Source of the DNA: an uncultured delta proteobacterium
Lineage (GTDB): Bacteria > Myxococcota > B64-G9
DNA: 64,000 nucleotides
Direction of reading: 5' to 3'
NCBI GenBank assembly: GCA_963754925.1
Contig: CAVWHX010000004.1
Location: 608,001-672,000, forward strand
The notes below the pieces were generated by a model. It made no database searches. It was not told the DNA's origin and saw only the letters and a list, made by a program, of their open reading frames with translations. Position 1 is the first letter of the stretch, and each line of letters opens with the position of its first letter. The translations under genes and the position numbers were made by a program. Shown piece after piece: positions 10,071 to 18,522 of this stretch.

Positions 10071-11299
10071 GGCGTTCCTCCAACACCGGGCGCTTGAGCG
10101 TTTGGGCGTCCGTTGACCCGCTGAACTGAAACTTCATGCGGAAATTTTCGTTCGGGCGGCGTTGCCTGCGATGCGGCGTTTTTGTGAGGTGGTCCTGCAT
10201 CCCGTTTGGACGGTAGCGGCAGCGGTCCCGGCGGCAGTCCCGCAACCGTATAGAGGTAGTGTTTCTGCTCTGACGTGCGCTGCGATACGAGTTGGCTTAC
10301 ATCCACAACCTGAGGGCTTTTCAACCATTCCTGGAAATCTTTTCCACTTTGCACGACATACCAAAACGGATCGCCTTTCGCCCAGGTTCCTTGGCCGGTG
10401 GTGCGTAACACAACGGTATGCTCGTCGAACGGCAACGCCAACATGTTCTGCTTGAACGCCTCCCCATAGGAAAAGTATCGCTCCGCGTTGGATAGGTAGA
10501 GCACCCGCACCGGTATGTTGGCGGTCTTCGCGGCCGCAGCGACGCTCTGAACCGCTTGCGTGGCGGTGAGGTCGCCGGGTAACGTAAAAACACGGTTTTG
10601 CTCAAACAGAGTTACCAGGTACCGATACTGTTCCGGGTCGGTTAAGAAAAACGCCACCTTTTGATCCTTGAAATCATTAATCATGACCGCCAAGCGGATT
10701 TCGATCTGACGGCGCACGGCCAAAAATAGTTTCCACAGGTGATCATAGGCGTCCTTTTCGGGATACGCTTGGGTGAAGATGTGCTCGACCTCTTTAATCG
10801 ATTTCTTAGACCACAGCTTGATAAAGCTCTTGGGATCAGGCGCATTGAGGAACAGCAACCGATAGATAGCGTTGATATCGACCACCATCTGATCAAAATC
10901 CATCAACACCATGACCTCTGGCCTCGACCAGCCGGCCAGGACGAAGTTCTGATCAGTGCCGACGCCGATATACACGCCGCCGAGCGGCTGCATAGCGTCG
11001 CGCCACACGTAGAGGAAGCGCTCGTTTGAGGTGGGGAAGTGAACATCGGCTGCGAGCCGTGGCGGCGGCGGATCCGGCTTCAGCGCCAGGAAAACCTTCA
11101 GCGCATTTTCAGACGGCCCGGCGGTGCCGGCATCCGGGGAGACGTCCGGAGCCGGCGTTGACGTCGGGGTGCGTGCGCTCGTTCCCGGTTCATTGTCGCA
11201 ACCGAATGATCCCAGTAGCAATACCAGAAGCTCCCCCACCACGATCGCATTGCGTAGTGCCACACCACCTCCTCGTCCGGCGAAGGAGCGTTCATGCAA
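10067..11299 (-). CDS. Conserved hypothetical lipoprotein (possible methyltransferase-like fold)
   Basis: Hydrophobic leader with FGC; motifs SNE, YIGVGTDQN, GDL, LYLSNAERY; long ORF coupled to the permease. Confidence 0.6.
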   Translation of the reverse strand: MHERSFAGRGGGVALRNAIVVGELLVLLLGSFGCDNEPGTSARTPTSTPAPDVSPDAGTAGPSENALKVFLALKPDPPPPRLAADVHFPTSNERFLYVWRDAMQPLGGVYIGVGTDQNFVLAGWSRPEVMVLMDFDQMVVDINAIYRLLFLNAPDPKSFIKLWSKKSIKEVEHIFTQAYPEKDAYDHLWKLFLAVRRQIEIRLAVMINDFKDQKVAFFLTDPEQYRYLVTLFEQNRVFTLPGDLTATQAVQSVAAAAKTANIPVRVLYLSNAERYFSYGEAFKQNMLALPFDEHTVVLRTTGQGTWAKGDPFWYVVQSGKDFQEWLKSPQVVDVSQLVSQRTSEQKHYLYTVAGLPPGPLPLPSKRDAGPPHKNAASQATPPERKFPHEVSVQRVNGRPNAQAPGVGGTP

Positions 11300-11406
11300 C
11301 CTAACGCCGGGATATTAAATCAGAAAATCCCGCTGGTCAAGAAGTTGGACAACCATACAAAAAGTAAACGCTTACTATTTCAAGGATGCGAGCGAAATAG
11401 CACCCG

Positions 11407-13038
11407 TTACCACGACGCATCAACTAACAGATACGCATTGTGAACCAATTGATTTACCGCTGTCGTCGGACCGATGTACGTACCGGTGTATTGGCGTTGC
11501 AGATACACATATCCCAGACGCAGGAACAGGTGATTGGGGACAAGCTGTTGAATCAGATAAACCTCGAACACATTCCCCTTAACCGCCAATTTATTGATAA
11601 GGAGATCGGAGGGGGCGGAAAAAATAACGTGATACTTAGTTCCGCGATTGAACTCAAACCCTACCCTAAACGGGTAATCTCTGAAAAACGACCATAGCGT
11701 CTCTGGCAGCGAATAACGAAATCCGACAAATACGAATTCACCGTGATGGGGGCCTTTCTTTGCGTCATCAAATGAAGCAAGGCCAGCTGGATAGGGAAGA
11801 TCTATATTCGAGGGCCAAGCAAAAGCTGGAGTTGGAGGATTGCCCGGTGAATATACAGTTAAACCATTTTGCGCAACCGGAATGTTATAGGTTTCATATT
11901 TATAGGTCGGATTAAGAATCGTGAGGGCATAAGCGCCAAAAAAATCAAGGCCGCTTCCAAAGAAATCTTTTACTTCCAACAACGTGTTGAGTTGAGAATA
12001 GGATCCTAAGTCCTGAGGAAGGTTTGTCGTATCGGGATAAATGGCTTGATCGGGCGTAGAGGTCCATGGATCGAGAACAAAAATGGCGTTATTTCTGGGG
12101 CGGAATTGCGGAACAACAGTGGCTCCCAGTTGGAATACGTTGTTCCCCAGACCGGGAATCTTCATTTCATACATGGCTGCATACGCCTGCATGTCCTTGA
12201 ATCCTCCGTTTGAAAAGAGACTATCGTCATAGTTGGTGCGCGCATCGACGAAGGATGCAAAGGGCATATACGAAAGGCGGAGGGAGGTGCCTTCGAGTAA
12301 ACTTGACATGTTGAACGTCAATGAAATACCGTCCGTGGCGGCCTCGACCATTTGCACTCCCCAGGCGGTGTTACGTTCGGTGTTTTCTTTCAACTCAGCC
12401 GGCGGTCCTTCGGGCGATGAGCTTCTGCCGACATTGAGTATTAACCAGCTCGTGATCCACCAGTCGAAGTAGGCGCGCTCTACCCGCAACGTTAAATCGG
12501 ACGGATAGCGAGTCTCCGTCATATCCAGAACATCTTGACTTTGACTCGCCATATTAAGATTGAAGTATTTAAAAGCGACAAGCTGTCCGTAAAATTTGAG
12601 ATTATCCGTAATTTCATAGGACATGGTGAGTCGTAATCGACTGACCCAAGCGCTGCCGTAGTCTCTATTAAGATGCGGCTGAACTGGAGGACCATACACC
12701 GCCCTCCCGTCTGTGGTAACCCCAATGAGTACGTTACTATTATCTACCGTGTGAAAGTTGTTACAGGTGGCCCGAAGCGAACCTGACCATTGAAGGCGAT
12801 TTCGTTTCAACTGCTCTTTGATCTTGTCTTGTTCGCCAAGGATGGTCTCGAGGTCGCCATCGATCTGATCGAGTCTTTTTTCTACGTCTGATTCCGAAGG
12901 TTTGCTGGTTTGAGGTTGGGTGTTGAGGGATTCGTCGACGCTTTTTCTCTCAGCCCCCTGTCCGGCAACGGGAAACCCCAACCACAGAAGCGCAAGCGCC
13001 CCCAGGATACACGTATCCCATAACCAATTTTTCATCAT
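11407..13038 (-). CDS. DUF3373-like outer-membrane beta-barrel protein
   Basis: Signal peptide, coiled coil, RLRLTM...KFYGQL, VERAYFDW, GRSSSPEGPPAELKEN motifs; terminal Trp; GGAGG RBS. Confidence 0.7.
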   Translation of the reverse strand: MMKNWLWDTCILGALALLWLGFPVAGQGAERKSVDESLNTQPQTSKPSESDVEKRLDQIDGDLETILGEQDKIKEQLKRNRLQWSGSLRATCNNFHTVDNSNVLIGVTTDGRAVYGPPVQPHLNRDYGSAWVSRLRLTMSYEITDNLKFYGQLVAFKYFNLNMASQSQDVLDMTETRYPSDLTLRVERAYFDWWITSWLILNVGRSSSPEGPPAELKENTERNTAWGVQMVEAATDGISLTFNMSSLLEGTSLRLSYMPFASFVDARTNYDDSLFSNGGFKDMQAYAAMYEMKIPGLGNNVFQLGATVVPQFRPRNNAIFVLDPWTSTPDQAIYPDTTNLPQDLGSYSQLNTLLEVKDFFGSGLDFFGAYALTILNPTYKYETYNIPVAQNGLTVYSPGNPPTPAFAWPSNIDLPYPAGLASFDDAKKGPHHGEFVFVGFRYSLPETLWSFFRDYPFRVGFEFNRGTKYHVIFSAPSDLLINKLAVKGNVFEVYLIQQLVPNHLFLRLGYVYLQRQYTGTYIGPTTAVNQLVHNAYLLVDASW

Positions 13039-13076
13039 GGTTCCTCCCTAGTATTTGTTATTGTTAAAAGAGAAGA

Positions 13077-15239
13077 TCAGCGAGTCCCGGTTATGCCTTT
13101 CGGCTGTTTGATGTCCTCCTCTTTCGATGAGATAAAGCCCATAAGGCGGCTTAACTCACCTTTCGAAAAGTACAGACTGAGATCGCGAGTCTTGTTGTGG
13201 AGCCCTCGAGATAGAAAATGTTGCCACTGGCTTTTGGTCTTTTTATCCCAGTCCATAGAATGGCAGTGTGTACAACCACGCGTCGCTACTTGCTCTCCAG
13301 ACCAATTACCGTTACCGCTAACGAGGTTAACAGTCGCGACAGCGACTTGTTTTTTTTGTTCGTTCCCTGGCTGATTCGAAAGGTTTTTATTGACGCTGGG
13401 CACGGCCTGTTTTTCAACGGCCGGCGCCGGCCTATCTATTTTGGGCGGCTCGGCCATCGCAACCGTTGAATCCGGCTCCGTCCTTTCAGGAGGAGGAGGG
13501 GTCGCGGGAACGCTCGGGACGCTGGCGAGCGCTGATGTTGTTTCTCCATCGCTCTTTTCCGCCGAAGACGATGTGCTGTCGATGTATTCAACAGCGGCAT
13601 CGTTTGTTCGAACAGCGGGTCTTCTCCGAGGAGGTGGTTGATAGATCGGCTTTTTCACAGCCGCGGGAGCTCGAGGCGGCTCTACTGCGACCTTAGGCGG
13701 CACGGTCGTTTTGGTTACGAGTACGACTTTAGAATCATGATCGTCCGCTTTGGGCGGGTTGGTTTTTTCTTGACTGGTAGCCGCCGCCGGAGGACTCGCC
13801 GGTATTGCAGGAGGCGAAGGAGCAGCGGCAGGGACAGGAACAGAAGCGGTGCTAGAAGGAGCCGCGGCGACGGCAACAGAACTTACCGATGATTTTGATC
13901 TGGTATCCTCCGGAGGTGCACCTTTCGGTTGACCGGGAGGTTGAGGCGCCGACGATTGAACGCTGCTCGGCGCAAGCGTGATTTCCTTTTCACCCTGATT
14001 GCTTTTAGAGAAGAGGTGGTAGACGAGCATAATCCCGCCGAGAAGCACGACAACAGCCGCGCCTATTAAAAGGTATGGGTTTTTATGTTTGGAGGCTGTA
14101 ACCGGTTCTGCGGGTTGAACGGGAAGTTTCGGAACTTGAATCTGATGTTCCGATGAAAATGCAGGTTTCGGCGTATGAGCCATAGCCGGAGGAACAGGGA
14201 TAATTCCCGAATTGGTTGTCTTTTTCTTGAGTCGGTTAGCCTTTTCTTGAACCTGTTGCTCGAACCTATGGCGTTGTTCGATGCGCTGTTTGAACTCGGT
14301 CTGATACCAGTTCTTGACCTCCAGCGTTGTGGCTATTCCTTCGTGTTTATTAGCAAAATCGTAGAGGGCGCGGGCGAAATCCTCTCCTGATTGGTAACGC
14401 TTATCCCGATCTTTATCCGTAGCCTTATAGATAATTTTTTCAAGGTCCGGAAGAACAGAAGGACTAATGCCCGTTGGCGGGCGAATGGGGTCCTGAAGAA
14501 TGCTGTTGAGTATCTCCGCCATGGTTGTTTCGGACGAAAAAGAATATGGCCGCTTCAACGTCACGAGTTCGTAGAGCACGAGCCCCAGCGCATATAAATC
14601 AACGCGGCCATCGATGTCTTTAAATTTGAACACATCCGGTGCCAGATACGAGAGCTTTCCTTTGATCAAGCCTGGAAGCGTGAACTCGGTCTGAACCGTA
14701 GATTTAGCAATCCCAAAATCTATGACTTTGAGATAACCCTGGCTGTCGATCATGAGGTTTTGAGCCCCAATGTCTCGGTGCACCAGATTAAGGGACGTTC
14801 CGTCGGGAGCCTTAACGGTATGGGCGTAATGCAGCGCCTCGCACGCTTCGATCATCAATTTACAGACAATCGGCAACGGGAACGTCTTTTTGGCGTTTTT
14901 TAAAGCCCGCAACATGAAGTCGAGGTTCTCACCGTCGATGTACTCCATGGTTATGCAAATCTGGTCACGAACTCGACTGAGATCGAACACTTTTACGATA
15001 TGCGGGTGGTTGAGAGAGGCAATAATTCGCGCTTCATCGATGAACATCTGAATCGCACTGTCGTTTTTAAGACCTCTGGCATGAATCTTTTTTATCACCA
15101 ACAAACGCTCAAAGCCTTGCTCGCCGACTTGAACTCCGAGAAAAACATCTGCCATTCCGCCAGAGCCAAGTTTTGCAATCGGTCGGTATCGTTCTTGGTT
15201 AGGTAACACTTCGGATCCTTTTTGATCAGGGGAGCGCAT
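13077..15239 (-). CDS. Membrane Hanks-type Ser/Thr kinase with Pro/Ser-rich linker and C-terminal monoheme cytochrome c domain
   Basis: GSGGMADV, VIKK, HRDIGAQN, DFG; TM YLLIGAAVVVLLGGIMLVY; CTHCH heme motif near the C-terminus. Confidence 0.85.
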   Translation of the reverse strand: MRSPDQKGSEVLPNQERYRPIAKLGSGGMADVFLGVQVGEQGFERLLVIKKIHARGLKNDSAIQMFIDEARIIASLNHPHIVKVFDLSRVRDQICITMEYIDGENLDFMLRALKNAKKTFPLPIVCKLMIEACEALHYAHTVKAPDGTSLNLVHRDIGAQNLMIDSQGYLKVIDFGIAKSTVQTEFTLPGLIKGKLSYLAPDVFKFKDIDGRVDLYALGLVLYELVTLKRPYSFSSETTMAEILNSILQDPIRPPTGISPSVLPDLEKIIYKATDKDRDKRYQSGEDFARALYDFANKHEGIATTLEVKNWYQTEFKQRIEQRHRFEQQVQEKANRLKKKTTNSGIIPVPPAMAHTPKPAFSSEHQIQVPKLPVQPAEPVTASKHKNPYLLIGAAVVVLLGGIMLVYHLFSKSNQGEKEITLAPSSVQSSAPQPPGQPKGAPPEDTRSKSSVSSVAVAAAPSSTASVPVPAAAPSPPAIPASPPAAATSQEKTNPPKADDHDSKVVLVTKTTVPPKVAVEPPRAPAAVKKPIYQPPPRRRPAVRTNDAAVEYIDSTSSSAEKSDGETTSALASVPSVPATPPPPERTEPDSTVAMAEPPKIDRPAPAVEKQAVPSVNKNLSNQPGNEQKKQVAVATVNLVSGNGNWSGEQVATRGCTHCHSMDWDKKTKSQWQHFLSRGLHNKTRDLSLYFSKGELSRLMGFISSKEEDIKQPKGITGTR

Positions 15240-15509
15240 TACCCACCCCCACGGTTACCGTTCAACGTCATGTTCACCACAAACCTCCGCTCGTTTGACC
15301 AGTTACCCTAACCCTCCGGGCGCCCGTCCCAATCCCAACCCCTGTCTTTCTCCCACCACCTACCCACGGGATTGGCGCCAAATCCGGCCATCGGCGAAAT
15401 CAATCGCAGCATCATATCACCAGTATATTTTGCACCAGATCACCCAAATAAGTCAAAATTTGGACCTCTCGGGTTCTCGATATTCTTACCTTGTTTATAC
15501 GGTTGAATA

Positions 15510-15713
15510 GTGGCTAAAGATCTCAGCTATATCGGAGACGGCATCTGCGATCAGGCCGGTCCCTGCCCTCATGATTCCGCCAACACGCGCACGAACCTAC
15601 TGGTCTCCGGCGGTGGTTGTGATTGTGGGACCATGCCAACGGACTTCGGCGGTGCGCTGCCGTTGCTGCTCGGGTTGCTGTTCTTGGGACGATATCGTCA
15701 TCGGGGTGAGTAG
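15510..15713 (+). pseudogene. Orphan fragment ending in a MYXO-CTERM-like sorting signal
   Basis: SGGGCDC...ALPLLLGLLFLGRYRHR; no signal peptide or upstream body. Confidence 0.45.
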
Positions 15714-15763
15714 TCTACCGCGAACCACCTGCCTCAATAATTGCGTCTTGCGATGCATCCATC

Positions 15764-16855
15764 TCAAGGATTAATATAAATGTAACGATAGTTCGCATCT
15801 CCCTGGATCGTTTTCTCTCCCTGGTTGTCCTTAAGGCGAAATGAATAGCTGGCTTTGAGAGAATACTCCCGTGGTTTGCTGAACTGTCTCACAATAGCTT
15901 TTCGGAAAAAATCCAGATCGGCAAGCGGATCCACGATGTTATTGATACCGGTCATTTCTAATTTGCCGGTCAAGGTGACGTCGTCATCGACGGCAACGAA
16001 CTGCACCCGCCGGGGAATAACATAACCTTCCTCAGATTTCTGATCCTTAATAAACCCATCAAATTCAAAACGAACCCGAGCGGTAGCCAAGATACGCCCT
16101 TTAGAACCATACACCAACGCCCAGCCATGATGTGAATTTCCAAAGTTGGACGGCGTCTCGAGCTCTACCAGGGTGATCGTGAAATCATCGCGGGTGAGGT
16201 TGAACCTAAACCATCGTCGCGCTTGCGTCTGAGGACCAATGTTTGTCCATGTATGATATGCGTTTCCGATACCTTCAACCACTATTGTCCGGCCATTAGT
16301 TGTAATCGAACCACTAACGAAAGCCCTCGGACTCGTATACACAATCGAATAAAAACCCGGTGGTTCTCCTCGTTCTTCATAGGTTAGAATTCCATTTCCG
16401 GGTTGAAATGGTTCTCCTTGGTTAATATAGCGGAGATCCATCGATAATCCCTTGCAACGAATTATTATATTCAGGCTATGGAAATCGCCCATGACTTCAT
16501 TTTCACCAAATGTCAGGTGAAAACCTTGGGAGTCAGATCGCCATTTATCCGCACTGTACTCTGCATTGCACTTGGTCTTTATGCCCTGCGAATCCGTATA
16601 TTCAACCCTTAACCCGCCTTTATTGTCCCCAATACCAAGATTCGATACCGCAAAATCGATTCCAAGATCACCACCCCCTTTAAACCATGCCCCATGACTC
16701 CAAACCTCGGTGTACATTAACTCTCTTCGTTTATGAGGCATCAATTCAGCAACAGTAACAGGCTGGTTTTGGCCAAATTGGGTTACCGTCCCGGCGAGGC
16801 CAGGAGTACCCCCGGCAAGAACCACTATGGCTATAATAATATTGTCGATTTTCAT
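15764..16855 (-). CDS. Secreted lipocalin-like (AttH/Svf1-like) protein
   Basis: Signal peptide; YTEVW, FAVSNLG, SGSITTNG..VEGIG..HTW..WFRF pattern. Confidence 0.55.
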   Translation of the reverse strand: MKIDNIIIAIVVLAGGTPGLAGTVTQFGQNQPVTVAELMPHKRRELMYTEVWSHGAWFKGGGDLGIDFAVSNLGIGDNKGGLRVEYTDSQGIKTKCNAEYSADKWRSDSQGFHLTFGENEVMGDFHSLNIIIRCKGLSMDLRYINQGEPFQPGNGILTYEERGEPPGFYSIVYTSPRAFVSGSITTNGRTIVVEGIGNAYHTWTNIGPQTQARRWFRFNLTRDDFTITLVELETPSNFGNSHHGWALVYGSKGRILATARVRFEFDGFIKDQKSEEGYVIPRRVQFVAVDDDVTLTGKLEMTGINNIVDPLADLDFFRKAIVRQFSKPREYSLKASYSFRLKDNQGEKTIQGDANYRYIYINP

Positions 16856-17108
16856 GGTCCTTATCCTTACTTTTGAAATAAATAGACAATAGGACAACTA
16901 TCACTTTATCGAAGTCAAGCAAATTTCTTGCCCGATATAAAAAAGTTCCGTCTGTTTACAACAGAGAGATTTATTCTTATAACCTGACTAAAGATTGATC
17001 ATTTTATATGTGTAATTATTTCACACTGTTTACTTGACGCCACAGCAAAAAATGATCAAAATATAAATAACATATTGAAATAAATACATAAATTGTTTTT
17101 TTATATTA

Positions 17109-17124
17109 AGGTATAGAATTTGCT
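17109..17124 (+). promoter_or_regulatory. Putative sigma54 promoter
   Basis: AGGTATAGAATTTGCT (GG-N10-GC) preceded by an AT-rich tract. Confidence 0.5.
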
Positions 17125-17204
17125 TAAGCAGGCATAGGAGTTGTATATGCATTGGATAAGACACGAGCAAAAGTTCTTAACCAGCGATAGCTGAGGTATT
17201 CACA

Positions 17205-18110
17205 ATGGAACAAACTACCGTCAATACCAACTTACTATTATCTATTATGCCCGTCGCGGTTTTTTGTACGATCGTTGTCGCCAGCTTTTTGGTGTTCTGT
17301 ACGAAAGTGCTTTTGTATGGGATGCCAAAGTCACCAAGAGTTCAGCAGGAGGGCAACAGTGTCTTCTTGAGCAAGCTGCTTATGGAATTTTGGACGTGGT
17401 TTATTAGACCCATTGTTCAACTCCTGATCAAGCTCAGAATATCTCCCGATGCAATCACTATCATGGGAGCGATTATCGCCGCAGGAGCCGGCCTGGCGTT
17501 TTACTTTGGCTCATTCTTGGTCGGCGGATGGATGATTTTGGCTGCCGGCACATTCGACATGCTCGATGGTAGCGTCGCCAGGGCCATCAACGGAACCTCA
17601 AAATCAGGGGCGTTTTTGGATTCGACTCTTGATCGGTATGCCGAGTTGTTTATGTTTGCTGGATTAATTTCTTATTATAAAGATACCAGCTTTCTCGTGG
17701 TGGTCTTAATGGCCGTCATCGGCTCTATGATGGTTTCGTATGCCAGAGCTCGAGCTGAAGGCGTTGGCGTCGAAGCGCGCATGGGAAATATGCAACGAAC
17801 TGAACGGATCGTCTATCTTGGGCTTGGCACCGCATTCGCACCGGTCGTGGCAAGTTTGCTTGAGCCAAATGCAGTCAAACCATATTACCACTTGGGAATG
17901 TTAGTTATCACCATGGTAGCTATATTCGCCAACGCCACGGCTATTCGACGCATGCTGTACACCTACAAGACCCTCAAAGTACGCAATGGCCAAGCCGAGG
18001 CCAAGGTTATTACTTTACCCAAAAGTCAGCCCCATGAATTAGCACGGGTCAGTGTTAAGGCAATCGTAAGTAATGATTCGTACCAATGCAGCGCCGATCG
18101 GGCTGTGTGA
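17205..18110 (+). CDS. CDP-alcohol phosphatidyltransferase, phosphatidylinositol-phosphate synthase-like
   Basis: DMLDGSVAR...GAFLDSTLD signature; SYARARAE and RTER motifs. Confidence 0.85.
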   Translation: MEQTTVNTNLLLSIMPVAVFCTIVVASFLVFCTKVLLYGMPKSPRVQQEGNSVFLSKLLMEFWTWFIRPIVQLLIKLRISPDAITIMGAIIAAGAGLAFYFGSFLVGGWMILAAGTFDMLDGSVARAINGTSKSGAFLDSTLDRYAELFMFAGLISYYKDTSFLVVVLMAVIGSMMVSYARARAEGVGVEARMGNMQRTERIVYLGLGTAFAPVVASLLEPNAVKPYYHLGMLVITMVAIFANATAIRRMLYTYKTLKVRNGQAEAKVITLPKSQPHELARVSVKAIVSNDSYQCSADRAV

Positions 18111-18201
18111 CGTTGCTGGTGAGCTTGAAACTGAAAATCTATGGTATTGATGCACCGCTGATGATGAATCATAAGAGGCGTGCATTGAGGGTGAGATCGA
18201 T

Positions 18202-18366
18202 ATGACGTTATCTTTTGCTAGAGATGTTCTCGGGCGGCAGGTGGGAACTCTGCGCGCCTATTTGTGGCGGGTCGGTGGCATTCCGTATAATACCTTTGTG
18301 GTGTTGTTGACGATTGCTCTCTTGGCCAAATCGAAGGTTTGGAACATCAGGGGCGTTGAACACTGA
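18202..18366 (+). CDS. Possible 54-aa small membrane protein
   Basis: GAGGGTGAG upstream; MTLSFARD...FVVLLTIALLA...EH*. Confidence 0.25.
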   Translation: MTLSFARDVLGRQVGTLRAYLWRVGGIPYNTFVVLLTIALLAKSKVWNIRGVEH

Positions 18367-18522
18367 AAGCTCGTCTCCATCGATAACCCATTCGAGAATC
18401 TTGCCGGTAACGTCTCTCTCTTCAATAATTCAAATTTACGATGGCACTATCTTCTGATACAGAAAATACAGCACCAGCATCGGTTCAAACGCGGCACACC
18501 ACCGATCGGGGTTCTTCTTTAG

